Of a stretch of DNA of 64,000 bases, positions 1 through 9,078 are shown one piece after another (position 1 is the first letter of the stretch; each line of letters begins with the position of its first letter). Source of the stretch: a virus; IMG/VR virus record IMGVR_UViG_3300025383_000010. One strand, 5' to 3'. Position numbers and translations under genes: made by a program. Below the pieces are notes generated by a model, which saw only the letters and a program-made list of their open reading frames with translations, did not search any database and had not been told where the DNA came from.

Positions 1-2
1 AT

Positions 3-968
3 CACAAGGGCGAAATCGTCAGTACTGAAGGACTCAATACTGGTGGTACAACCTATGCATGGGCAAAGCGTAATACTCGCAGTAAGGTCGAGGACAAGTT
101 GATTGAGGTTGCTAAACGCAATGTTCTCAACACTCATGCCCTCGTCAAGAAGGTAGCAACACTACCTCCCGAGTTGCGTATGCTTCGTCTTACCAGCGAT
201 ATGCTATCGTTCTATACTATGGACGAATACAAGGACTTCTGGACTCGTCAGGATGTTCAGGATAGTCTTGCTCGTTGGTTTGCTCCTATCGGCAAGACCG
301 CTCGTGACAACAATGTTCGTATCAGCTTTCATCCCGATCAGTTCGTGGTTCTCGCTAGTGATCGTGAGGAAGTAGTCAACAAGAGCATTGAGGAATTTGA
401 GTATCACGTTGACATGGCTCGTTGGATGGGCTATGGTAGTAACTTTCAGGATATCAAGATCAACGTTCATATCTCAGGTCGTCAAGGTCCTGATGGTATC
501 AAGCGTGTAATGTCTCGTCTTAGTCCCGAGGCACGTAATAGTATTACTATTGAGAATGACGAAATGACATGGGGCATTGATGCAAGTCTTGAGCTTGTTG
601 ATACTTGCCCATTGGTCTTGGACATTCATCATCACTGGGTAAAGACTGGTGAATACATTGAACCCAATGATGATCGTATCAAGCGTTTCATTGATAGCTG
701 GCGGGGTGTTCGTCCTACTATTCATTACAGTGTTTCTCGTGAGGACATTCTTACTAATCACTGTAAGAACACTCGACCCCATATTGATACTCTACTAGAA
801 AGCGGTCATAAGAAGCAGCATCTTCGCGCACATAGTGATTACTACTGGAATACTGCTGTCAATGACTGGGCAATGACCCACAACGATTGGGCCGATATCA
901 TGTGCGAGAGTAAGGCTAAGAATCTTGCCAGCTTCATGCTATATGATACATATATTAAGAAAGGTTAA
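3..968 (+). CDS. uvsE: UV DNA damage endonuclease (UvsE/UVDE), 5'-truncated by window edge
   Basis: Frame is open from position 3. Motifs RISFHPDQF, INVH, TIENDE, LVLDIHHHW, AHSD, MCESKAK. Confidence 0.92.
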   Translation, partial: HKGEIVSTEGLNTGGTTYAWAKRNTRSKVEDKLIEVAKRNVLNTHALVKKVATLPPELRMLRLTSDMLSFYTMDEYKDFWTRQDVQDSLARWFAPIGKTARDNNVRISFHPDQFVVLASDREEVVNKSIEEFEYHVDMARWMGYGSNFQDIKINVHISGRQGPDGIKRVMSRLSPEARNSITIENDEMTWGIDASLELVDTCPLVLDIHHHWVKTGEYIEPNDDRIKRFIDSWRGVRPTIHYSVSREDILTNHCKNTRPHIDTLLESGHKKQHLRAHSDYYWNTAVNDWAMTHNDWADIMCESKAKNLASFMLYDTYIKKG

Positions 969-970
969 TT

Positions 971-1381
971 ATGTTTGAAAGTATTAAGAAGTGGTTCAGT
1001 CCACCCCCTCCTCCAGCGCCCGAACCAGAAGTAAAGAAGGCAGCACCCAAGAAGAAAGAGCTTACTCCTAAGGAGAAGGCAACTGCTGCTGGTGAACCCT
1101 ATATTGCTATCTTGCAGGTAGATTTGGATCCTAACGATATCAATAACGGCAGCTTTGAGCTTGATTGGAATGACAAGTTTGTTGTCAATCTTGTCAAGCA
1201 GGGCTATAAGATTCGTCCTGATGATACTGATGCACAGATTGTAGATCGTTGGTTCCAAACTGTCTGTCGCAATATTGCACTTGAAGTGTATGAGCAAGAA
1301 CAGGCTGACCCTGAAAAGCGTGATGATGTCCGCATCATTCAGCAGCGTGATCTGGGTAATGGATTTACCGAAGTAAGCTAA
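971..1381 (+). CDS. hypothetical phage protein
   Basis: 136 aa ORF with AAGG RBS and Pro/Lys-rich N-terminus. Confidence 0.75.
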   Translation: MFESIKKWFSPPPPPAPEPEVKKAAPKKKELTPKEKATAAGEPYIAILQVDLDPNDINNGSFELDWNDKFVVNLVKQGYKIRPDDTDAQIVDRWFQTVCRNIALEVYEQEQADPEKRDDVRIIQQRDLGNGFTEVS

Positions 1382-1382
1382 G

Positions 1383-1994
1383 ATGAAGAACGTACTGTCA
1401 AATGAAAACATAGACCTTGCTATCCAATATGCCTTGGGTAATGACAATGTTTTGACAGCGTTGGATCCAAACTATCGCAACTTGTTACTAGCCTACCTAG
1501 AAGATATCAATTCGTCTACGCTCAGAGAAGCAATGATTTTGCGTATGCTAAATTATGTTTCTTATCCTAACAAGCATGGAATGGATGGTTATTGCCCTGT
1601 AACAGGAAAGCAAAAAGAAGTTAAGCCTAAACTAGTTTTTGAAAATCAAAAAGTCAGTTCGAGTGGCAAATTCAATGATATGAGCACCGAACTATTGAAC
1701 AAAAAGGATGGTAGTGACATTATCTGTGCTGCCTTCTTTAAGGGTAAGTTTTTGTATGTCGTAGAATTTCCCTATGAATTAGTGAAGCCTGTACTGCAAC
1801 GTAAAGTGGATTCTGCTGTTGTAGGTCGTAGGATTCAATCTGACTTTACCTGGAAAGATTATAATAGTGACAGCTTAAAGGTTTGGTATTTCAACGAGAC
1901 GTTGGCCAAAGATACCAACAGCCTATCTAAATTGCATTTTCAAATGCTGAAGGATCGGTTCGACAGTGCAGCAAATCGGCAATTTTCTTCTTGA
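1383..1994 (+). CDS. putative PD-(D/E)XK-type endonuclease
   Basis: HGMDG...KEVK resembles a D...E-x-K nuclease core; weak similarity. Confidence 0.4.
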   Translation: MKNVLSNENIDLAIQYALGNDNVLTALDPNYRNLLLAYLEDINSSTLREAMILRMLNYVSYPNKHGMDGYCPVTGKQKEVKPKLVFENQKVSSSGKFNDMSTELLNKKDGSDIICAAFFKGKFLYVVEFPYELVKPVLQRKVDSAVVGRRIQSDFTWKDYNSDSLKVWYFNETLAKDTNSLSKLHFQMLKDRFDSAANRQFSS

Positions 1995-2033
1995 CAACTG
2001 ATGCGTTATTGTGTATTATATGTATATATTAAC
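1990..2033 (+). promoter_or_regulatory. sigma70-like promoter, copy 1 of a 44-bp imperfect direct repeat
   Basis: TTGACA(1991-1996)-N17-TATTAT; same register as 3721-3764. Confidence 0.7.
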
Positions 2034-2050
2034 GGTTGAAGGATACTATT

Positions 2051-3283
2051 ATGTCTAAGAATACTAACTTTCCTTATAATTTTGAATTTGTGACGCCTAC
2101 TGGAGAAAAGGCGATCCATCTTCTTAAGCGCAAAAAGGGTGAATACAAAAGCTGTACGGTCGCCGACCGGCTCGAACAGTTGTTTGATCCCAAGAACACA
2201 AAATGGCACAACACTATTGCTAAGTGGAAAGCTGACATTGAAGCCGGGCGGCGGAAGAAGCCAAACCGCAAAAAGCGCGGAAAGCTAGTTATGGTAAAGG
2301 TAAAAGATATCGTCATTGATGATGATATCCAGCGTGATATGGACCCGGATTGGGTAGCTACTATTGCCAACCCTAATGAATTTGAAGAAGAATTCATGAG
2401 TCCGATTTATTGTATGTATGACCCTAAGAAGAAAAAGTACATTAGCATTAACGCTCAGCACACTATCGTATTAGAGACCGCACTTGCATATCATAATCTT
2501 TGGGATGGTTATGAAGGCGATCCTATGGAACTTGAAGTTCCTGTTTTTTACTTCCTTGATGAATCTCGTTCGAAGGCCCGAAAGAGCTTTAACATCTACA
2601 ATGGTCGTATCAAGCCCATCGAACCCTATATCAAGCACAAGATGAATGTTCTCGCATATCGCGTTGACGGTGACCGCACGAATAAGGATGCTAAAAAGGC
2701 TGCCGATATTCAAACCATCAACGAAGCACAGGGTTTTGAACCTATTAGCCGCGATGATAAGAAGGCCAAGAAATTCAACTGGGCTATTACGTGTGTTGCA
2801 GAAATGATGCAGCATTACGACAGGCCTGATCGCTGGAAGTTTGTTCTCAATACTCATAAGCGTTACTGGCCTAACCACCAGCTTGATACCTCTGAGGTTG
2901 ACTTGTATGGATTCATCTATGATTACTTCGTTGAATTGAAGTATGATGTTTACAGTAAGGAGTTTGATGAGGGATTTCTGAATCCTTGCATGGCAATCAT
3001 TTGGAAGTTCTTCACTACTCCAAGCGGTTTCAAGGCTGATAGTGCTGGAACTCAGGCGCGATTTAATGCTGCAAAGACTGGACTTCCTATTGATAAGGTT
3101 AAACTTGACGATAACGGTACCTGCGTGTATCTCATGAAGTTGTATAAGCACTTCGGAGGTAAGCATGAATTGCCGATGTACGTTAACAATATGCGAGAGT
3201 CTCGGATTGGCGATCTTCTTGCGTTTGTTGATAAGGATAGGACTCTCCTAGTAGAAGAAATGACTAAGTATGGCAAGTCGTAA
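2051..3283 (+). CDS. ParB/Srx-like domain protein
   Basis: IVIDDDIQR...SPIYC...SINAQHT resembles the ParB-like IDxxxQR...DGQH pattern. ATG 2051 follows an AAGGA RBS. Confidence 0.5.
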   Translation: MSKNTNFPYNFEFVTPTGEKAIHLLKRKKGEYKSCTVADRLEQLFDPKNTKWHNTIAKWKADIEAGRRKKPNRKKRGKLVMVKVKDIVIDDDIQRDMDPDWVATIANPNEFEEEFMSPIYCMYDPKKKKYISINAQHTIVLETALAYHNLWDGYEGDPMELEVPVFYFLDESRSKARKSFNIYNGRIKPIEPYIKHKMNVLAYRVDGDRTNKDAKKAADIQTINEAQGFEPISRDDKKAKKFNWAITCVAEMMQHYDRPDRWKFVLNTHKRYWPNHQLDTSEVDLYGFIYDYFVELKYDVYSKEFDEGFLNPCMAIIWKFFTTPSGFKADSAGTQARFNAAKTGLPIDKVKLDDNGTCVYLMKLYKHFGGKHELPMYVNNMRESRIGDLLAFVDKDRTLLVEEMTKYGKS

Positions 3284-3725
3284 GAAAAAGTTCTTTTATG
3301 TCATCTTGACTAATCATTATTTTAAAGTAGGAGAGCAGTTTAAGCAGCGTCTGGGCTACGGGGTAACCAATGACCCCGTAGGTCGGGCTAGAAAATATAG
3401 CAACACTTCCGGTGGTGAACAAGAATTTTGCATGGTTTACTACAGCCCTAACTATGAAGTGGAAGAAGTTGAAAAGATCCTTAAGAGGAAGCTGTCTGAT
3501 GACTGTCACCAAATACATGGAGAAGATGTAGAGTGGATTAGCCCTTATAGTGACATTGACACCAACTCACTGCTCGGCATGATTGACCAAATCATCAGTG
3601 ACCTTCGTATCAACGTTATGAAACTTAAGGCTGACTATCTGCCATTTAGTCCGGCTTGGCATTCAACCGTAGGCATTGATGCCATCGAAACCAACCTAGA
3701 CACTTTTTTGGAACTTAAGGCTTGA
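3270..3725 (+). CDS. T5orf172/GIY-YIG-like protein
   Basis: FFYVI...GYGVTNDPVGRARKY...EVEKILK...EW pattern. Confidence 0.5.
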   Translation: MASRKKKFFYVILTNHYFKVGEQFKQRLGYGVTNDPVGRARKYSNTSGGEQEFCMVYYSPNYEVEEVEKILKRKLSDDCHQIHGEDVEWISPYSDIDTNSLLGMIDQIISDLRINVMKLKADYLPFSPAWHSTVGIDAIETNLDTFLELKA

Positions 3726-3764
3726 CAACTGCTAATATATCGTGTAAAGTGTATGTATATTAAC
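3721..3764 (+). promoter_or_regulatory. sigma70-like promoter, copy 2 of the direct repeat
   Basis: CTTGACAACTG...GTGTA...TATATTAAC upstream of RNase H. Confidence 0.7.
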
Positions 3765-3778
3765 AGAGAAAGTACCAC

Positions 3779-4783
3779 ATGAAATACGCACTGATTGACA
3801 CTGCTAACACTTTCTTCCGCGCTCGGCACGTTGCTAGTCGCAATGCTGATACGTGGGAGAAGATTGGCATGGCTATTCACCTTACGTTGTCATCCGTCAA
3901 TCAGACCGTGCGTATGTTCGGCATTGATCATGTAGTCTTTATGCTTGAGGGTCGCTCTTGGCGTAAGGAAGTTTATCCTCGCTATAAGGCTCATCGCAAG
4001 GTTGACGATGCTTCTATGACAGAGGCAGAAGTAGAAGAAAACAAGATGTTCTGGGAGACTTACGAAGTCTTCACTACCTATCTGCGTGAAAAGACTAACT
4101 GTTCTGTGTTGCGTCATCCCAATGCAGAAGCAGATGACCTCATTGCTCGTTTCATTGCACTGCATCCTGACGATGAACACTATATCATTTCAAGCGATAC
4201 TGACTTTGTGCAGTTGATTGCAGAGAATGTTCATCAGTATAATGGTGTTGCTGGTCAACTTATAAAGCTGGATGGTTACTACAATGATCGTGGTAAGCCT
4301 GTCAAGGACAAGAAGACTGGCGAACACAAACTTCTTGAGGACCCCCAATATCTGTTGTTCAAGAAGATCATTCGCGGTGATGCTACTGACAATATTTTCA
4401 GTGCTTATCCCGGTGTTCGTGAAAAGGGTTCTAAGAATACTGTAGGCATTCGTGAGGCGTTTGAAGACCGTGAGAAGCAGGGCTTCAAGTGGAACAACAT
4501 GATGCTACAGCGTTGGACTGATCATGACGGTGAGGAACATCGTGTTCGTGATGACTATGAACGCAACCGTACATTGATTGATCTTACTGCACAGCCCGAT
4601 CATATCAAGGAAGCAGTTGATAGTATCATTAAGCAAGATGTACGCACTACTGCTACTCCTAGCGTAGGTCTGCATTTCATGAAGTTTTGTGGTAAGTATG
4701 AACTCACTCGTATCTCTGATCAGGGTGAAGCATACGCAAAGTGGCTCAACAATCCATATAAGGGAATTCTCAATGCCGATTGA
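3779..4783 (+). CDS. rnh: T4-type RNase H / 5'-3' flap exonuclease
   Basis: LIDTAN, SWRK..YPRYKAHR, EADDLIA, SSDTDF, GDATDNI. Confidence 0.92.
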   Translation: MKYALIDTANTFFRARHVASRNADTWEKIGMAIHLTLSSVNQTVRMFGIDHVVFMLEGRSWRKEVYPRYKAHRKVDDASMTEAEVEENKMFWETYEVFTTYLREKTNCSVLRHPNAEADDLIARFIALHPDDEHYIISSDTDFVQLIAENVHQYNGVAGQLIKLDGYYNDRGKPVKDKKTGEHKLLEDPQYLLFKKIIRGDATDNIFSAYPGVREKGSKNTVGIREAFEDREKQGFKWNNMMLQRWTDHDGEEHRVRDDYERNRTLIDLTAQPDHIKEAVDSIIKQDVRTTATPSVGLHFMKFCGKYELTRISDQGEAYAKWLNNPYKGILNAD

Positions 4784-5075
4784 TCCTGTTCTACTCTGTA
4801 AAGATTGCAAGTTTAGCAAGATGAACGTAGCGAATCGTATCTTTACGCTAGGTGGTTTGGTAGGTACTGAAAGTTTTATGTACAAATGTACTAAGAACGT
4901 CAAGCCGGCGCGTGACGTAATTGACCCGGTAATTGGTCCTGAACATATCAAAGCCGAAATGAACTACTGCGAAACTGAGCGTAAGCACGGTGACTGCGGA
5001 CCTACTGGAAAATACTGGTTGCCAAAGCACAAGAAAGACCTGTTTAAGGCACTGACAAAGGATTACAATGACTGA
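4773..5075 (+). CDS. Cys-rich hypothetical protein
   Basis: ATG 4773 overlaps the rnh end; LCKDCKF...CGPTG. Confidence 0.6.
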   Translation: MPIDPVLLCKDCKFSKMNVANRIFTLGGLVGTESFMYKCTKNVKPARDVIDPVIGPEHIKAEMNYCETERKHGDCGPTGKYWLPKHKKDLFKALTKDYND

Positions 5076-5526
5076 ATTAGTCGCAAAGCCAATCGTTAAG
5101 AACCAATTTTGGATCGTCACTGATGGTGATAAAAAGGTTGGTAACATTGAAGCTAACAATGCGGGATATGGGGTGCAGATTAACGGCACCTTCCTGCAGT
5201 TCAACAATACAGAAGAACTAAAGAAAAAGACCAAGATCAAGTTTGAACCACTCAAGACTGACAAGACACCAGTGAAATTGCCCTATTCAGAGTATCCCAC
5301 TCCCAAGCGCATCTATAACTCGGTCTTTGATGTTCAGCGTGGACTTCATCTGTTTACTACCAGCAATAAGTCCAAGTGTCTACATGCTGCTGGCTGGTTT
5401 GTACTTGATCAAAATGGTACTCCGGGCGTAGTATTCTGTCCCAAATATATCTTCATTCAGCGGTATCCCTACTCGGGACCTTATAAAACTGAATCGGAGG
5501 CAAATGCTAAGATAAATACAGTGTAA
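5068..5526 (+). CDS. hypothetical phage protein
   Basis: 152 aa, AAGGA RBS, coupled in operon. Confidence 0.75.
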   Translation: MTELVAKPIVKNQFWIVTDGDKKVGNIEANNAGYGVQINGTFLQFNNTEELKKKTKIKFEPLKTDKTPVKLPYSEYPTPKRIYNSVFDVQRGLHLFTTSNKSKCLHAAGWFVLDQNGTPGVVFCPKYIFIQRYPYSGPYKTESEANAKINTV

Positions 5527-5738
5527 TGACTATGCATATTAACAGATTTCTGGACAAGATGGCAGTAATGGACTCCAAACAAAACAAGGATGTCGTATTA
5601 CCCATCAGTGACGCCAGAGGCTTGCGTGATGACATTACCAGACTTTTATCTGACTTGTATGAACTACAGAAGCAGAAAGATACTGATGGCACTAAGGAAG
5701 TCATTCAGGTCGAGATTAAAGGCGGTACATTTAAATGA
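5526..5738 (+). CDS. hypothetical phage protein
   Basis: TAATG coupling; TAAATA at 5513. Confidence 0.7.
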   Translation: MTMHINRFLDKMAVMDSKQNKDVVLPISDARGLRDDITRLLSDLYELQKQKDTDGTKEVIQVEIKGGTFK

Positions 5739-6046
5739 GCAGAACGCAACCCAACATTCTCTTAGAGTATGTTGACAAGAAGACATATAAGTGTGATCAA
5801 ATTGTGGAAGCCGCAGGTATCTGGGCCGTGTTCTATGATGATCAGCCTATTAACCTTAAGTCATCGCATCATCTAACAAACGACATTGCACCCAAGTACA
5901 AGAAGACCAGTTTCAGTAATCCTGGTCATGCTCGTAACCTTTGCCGTAAGTTGAATGCACAGTTCAAGACTGATAAGTTTACAGTTGTGTTTATGAACAC
6001 CGGGAGAACAGTGTACCCCGATGATCTATCCCAAGACCAAAACTGA
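5735..6046 (+). CDS. hypothetical phage protein
   Basis: ATGA coupling, 103 aa. Confidence 0.75.
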   Translation: MSRTQPNILLEYVDKKTYKCDQIVEAAGIWAVFYDDQPINLKSSHHLTNDIAPKYKKTSFSNPGHARNLCRKLNAQFKTDKFTVVFMNTGRTVYPDDLSQDQN

Positions 6047-6437
6047 AATCATTCAACTGATTCTTGCCGAGACTAAGGAGGATCCTGATTTTCCTTGGAA
6101 AGATATGCCTGCCGATAAGATAATATCCGATTGGTTTATTACTGGTCGTAGCGGCTCTGGTTTACGACTCACTGATGCAGGCATGACTGCTTTTAGTAAA
6201 GCAAACATTGCTCATTACGACTTTGATTTCAATCCTCCCAAGAATGCTAACAACCAAGTTAGCTGGGCCAAGTATACTTTAAATCTTGACAAAAAGGTAA
6301 AATGCCCTTACTATGTCGGCATTAAATTAGTTGACAAAGGCAAGAAACAACCGTATATTAGAGTATATGATCACAGAATAGCAATGATGATGACCTTATA
6401 TGGGGACTTTGAAAGCTACCTAGAATCTATTAAATAA
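6021..6437 (+). CDS. hypothetical phage protein
   Basis: 138 aa, overlaps the previous gene. Confidence 0.7.
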   Translation: MIYPKTKTEIIQLILAETKEDPDFPWKDMPADKIISDWFITGRSGSGLRLTDAGMTAFSKANIAHYDFDFNPPKNANNQVSWAKYTLNLDKKVKCPYYVGIKLVDKGKKQPYIRVYDHRIAMMMTLYGDFESYLESIK

Positions 6438-6513
6438 CTATAGTTTTTGTTCGCAGTTGCAGCATAAATATAGTTCGTAGTCTTTTGACTACACTTACAC
6501 ACAGGAGAAAATT

Positions 6514-6765
6514 ATGAAGACTATCGCACTAAGCCTTTTAGCGGCTATCGCTATTTCAAACCCAGCTTACGCACTTTCTTGGAAAGACAAGATGTTTGCA
6601 CAGCTTGACACCGACCACAGTGGTGAACTTTCATACGGCGAATTGGTCGCCGCTGGTTGCAGAACCGATCTAAAGTATTTCAAGATTGCTGACGAAGATC
6701 ATAGTGGTGGTCTTAGTAAGTTAGAATATTTTGAGAACCGTGAAATTCTCGGTCGCTGCAAGTAA
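6514..6765 (+). CDS. secreted EF-hand protein
   Basis: Signal peptide ending AYA; two EF-hand loops, DTDHSGELSYGE and DEDHSGGLSKLE. Confidence 0.75.
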   Translation: MKTIALSLLAAIAISNPAYALSWKDKMFAQLDTDHSGELSYGELVAAGCRTDLKYFKIADEDHSGGLSKLEYFENREILGRCK

Positions 6766-6776
6766 GGATAGCTGAT

Positions 6777-7049
6777 ATGATCAAGACTTTTATGGACACT
6801 ACCATTGACGCTATCCAGTCAACTAAGAAGATTGCAATTGATGCACTCGTTAAGCACGAGGTTCTTGCTAAATCTCTTAACGATTTCGTGGATACTCAAA
6901 CCGAGTATACTAGAAAAGCAGTTGATGCTAGCCTAGAAGCTGGTACCAACGTGTACAATGTCATTACAGATAAGGCATTTTACACTGAAACACTAAAGAC
7001 TATGCAGGAAACTGCAAAGTCATTTTACACACAGAGGAAAGGAAATTAA
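6777..7049 (+). CDS. small amphipathic helical protein, possibly phasin-like
   Basis: 90 aa, helical-looking Ala/Thr-rich pattern; family call by resemblance only. Confidence 0.4.
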   Translation: MIKTFMDTTIDAIQSTKKIAIDALVKHEVLAKSLNDFVDTQTEYTRKAVDASLEAGTNVYNVITDKAFYTETLKTMQETAKSFYTQRKGN

Positions 7050-7241
7050 TATGAGTAAGTTTGCAGGAACCGTCTTTGACCCAGCTACTCCAGCTATCAC
7101 TAGAGTCAGTCGTGTCGGAGCGGCAGCAGTTGTTTCAACCTGCGCTATGCTATTTTACATGCTTTTAACACTATAATGTGGCCCTATACAAATGATGAAT
7201 GGGAATTCGTTTCCATTACTAATAAAAACTGAGGAAGTAAT

Positions 7242-7508
7242 ATGAGTGAGAATAAGGTTCCGGGTCTTCCCGAAATTAAGTTCAATAAGAACGGATACGA
7301 GATTCGTTCTGACATTTTAGGCCTTGCTGAAAAGCTATGCCTTGAGGAATACAAGGCCAAGTTTATGGGTTGGGAACTCACCGCACATAAGCTAGAAACT
7401 GGACAACTTGTAACCACTGTAGCTGCGCCAGAGTTTCCTGGACTTGAAAAGGTCCTAGAAACCGCACAGAAGATGTATGATTTCGTAAATAACTCAACGA
7501 AAAAGTAA
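7242..7508 (+). CDS. hypothetical phage protein
   Basis: GAGGA RBS; followed by a terminator. Confidence 0.75.
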   Translation: MSENKVPGLPEIKFNKNGYEIRSDILGLAEKLCLEEYKAKFMGWELTAHKLETGQLVTTVAAPEFPGLEKVLETAQKMYDFVNNSTKK

Positions 7509-7522
7509 TCTTCAATGAAAGG

Positions 7523-7550
7523 GTGCCTGGCTAGTTCAGGCACTTTTTTT
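7523..7550 (+). terminator. Rho-independent terminator
   Basis: GTGCCTG-N7-CAGGCAC followed by T7. Confidence 0.85.
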
Positions 7551-7597
7551 GGCTATTGAGGCTTGACATTGCATTCGTTTTATAGTAGAGTGAAAAC

Positions 7598-7750
7598 ATG
7601 ATGAAGAAAGAAGTGATTCAGTTTCAGATGTCAAAGCCCAAGTCAAGAGCGCATCATGTGCTTTATGGGGACACTCCCTTTCGTCCTAAGAAGGTTGAAT
7701 CCAAACTTCGCTACAAGCGCAAAGACAAGCACCCTAAGAAGGATTGGTAA
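7598..7750 (+). CDS. 50-aa basic peptide, ArfA-like (not in ORF track)
   Basis: MMKKEVIQFQMSKPKSRAHHVLYGDTPFRPKKVESKLRYKRKDKHPKKDW; ATG lies 6 nt after a TTGACA(7563)-N17-TAGAGT promoter. Confidence 0.55.
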   Translation: MMKKEVIQFQMSKPKSRAHHVLYGDTPFRPKKVESKLRYKRKDKHPKKDW

Positions 7751-7755
7751 GTAAT

Positions 7756-7947
7756 ATGGACCGCGAAGATTTTATCAACTATGTTCTTGACTTCTACAAT
7801 GCCGACAGTGGAATCTATAAGGACGTTGCTGCTACTCGTGCAGAAGTAATTGATGCTACTCGCAAGCTGGAACGCACTTACGAAGATATCTGCTACGATT
7901 CAGTTGACCGCGAACGTGTCCGCGATTTCATCCTTGAAAGCCGCTAA
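7756..7947 (+). CDS. hypothetical protein
   Basis: ATG 7756; YDSVDRERVRD. Confidence 0.65.
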   Translation: MDREDFINYVLDFYNADSGIYKDVAATRAEVIDATRKLERTYEDICYDSVDRERVRDFILESR

Positions 7948-8103
7948 TATGAACTATAAAGAAATCACATTGCCCGGCGGAACCTTTCATATGTACGATG
8001 ATCAGCCAAACGTTTGGATCCAGCAGTTGCAGCCCGGTGAAAAGAATGTGTCTGAAAAGATCATGGATGCATATAATGCAGGCGATGTTAGCAAGAAGAA
8101 CGT

Positions 8104-8430
8104 GTGATGCCCTATACTATCTATGATGCTATTAAGGATGAAATTGAGTTTCTTAAGACCCTAGAAAAGGTTGAGGAAAACGCAAATCACACTATTACTG
8201 CTGCTATTGTGGCACAGCAGCAGTCTAGTTTGCGCAGGATCCTTCGCCGTGTAGATAGCGGTTATGAATACTCTATGGGCATTGATACTAGTGATGGCAA
8301 GCCCTGCATCAAGTTTAATAAGACTGACCGAAAGACTCTTGAAGAAGAATATCCAGCACTAAAGAAAGCTGCTGAACAGTATAATCTTATTCATAATCTT
8401 GTTGCCAGTGAAGAGGATAATGACGAATGA
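8104..8430 (+). CDS. hypothetical protein
   Basis: 108 aa, coupled operon. Confidence 0.65.
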   Translation: MMPYTIYDAIKDEIEFLKTLEKVEENANHTITAAIVAQQQSSLRRILRRVDSGYEYSMGIDTSDGKPCIKFNKTDRKTLEEEYPALKKAAEQYNLIHNLVASEEDNDE

Positions 8431-8690
8431 ACTTTTATATTTGGATTGCAGTAGCAGTTGTCTCTTATGGCATTTATTGTTATTTGCTAGGCAGAGGTAA
8501 GATTGAGTTTCACGATGATAGTGATAGTCAGCCAATTACATTCATTATGTTCTTTGCTTGTGTCGCTTGGCCAATCACGCTGACTGCTGCTATGGTGGTT
8601 GGTCCTTTTATTCTGCTATACAAGCTGGGTAACAAGCACAAGCTCATTGATAAAGAAAAGAAGCTGATGTGGGAAAGGTTGAAGGCTTGA
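8427..8690 (+). CDS. small membrane protein
   Basis: Two hydrophobic segments; GAGGA RBS. Confidence 0.65.
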   Translation: MNFYIWIAVAVVSYGIYCYLLGRGKIEFHDDSDSQPITFIMFFACVAWPITLTAAMVVGPFILLYKLGNKHKLIDKEKKLMWERLKA

Positions 8691-8825
8691 TTTATGAATA
8701 ATAGATATAACGAAACCAATGAAAACTTTGGGTGTTTGGTCCTTATATTGACCTTTTCATTCTTATTGTTTGGTCATCCCATCCTAGCCTTTTTAGTGTT
8801 TTTGATGCTGTTTGGCTAAAAACGG

Positions 8826-8881
8826 TTGACATGTTTACCCAAAACTGCTATAACAAGATTATAGACAGCGAAAGATAAATA
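8826..8881 (+). promoter_or_regulatory. early promoter plus late-type TAAATA box
   Basis: TTGACA 8826-N17-TATAAC 8849; GATAAATA 8874-8881, 5 nt before ATG 8887. Confidence 0.75.
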
Positions 8882-8886
8882 TTGTC

Positions 8887-9078
8887 ATGAAGATTACCGA
8901 AGTTACTCAGCCGAGCGAACAGGCCCTCTTTGAAGCACTTGATGCTGAAAACGATACTGGGATTGCTACCTCTGATCTTGTCAAGATTGTCAAATCCGTT
9001 AACGGCCCGTTTAGTGCGCCGATGTCAGGTGATGAAATGATCGCCCGTCTTGAAGCTGCACTCGGTGAACATGTCTAA
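8887..9078 (+). CDS. small acidic protein, putative antitoxin/partner of the downstream RNase
   Basis: 63 aa, overlaps the start of the YafQ-like gene; begins MKITEV. Confidence 0.5.
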   Translation: MKITEVTQPSEQALFEALDAENDTGIATSDLVKIVKSVNGPFSAPMSGDEMIARLEAALGEHV

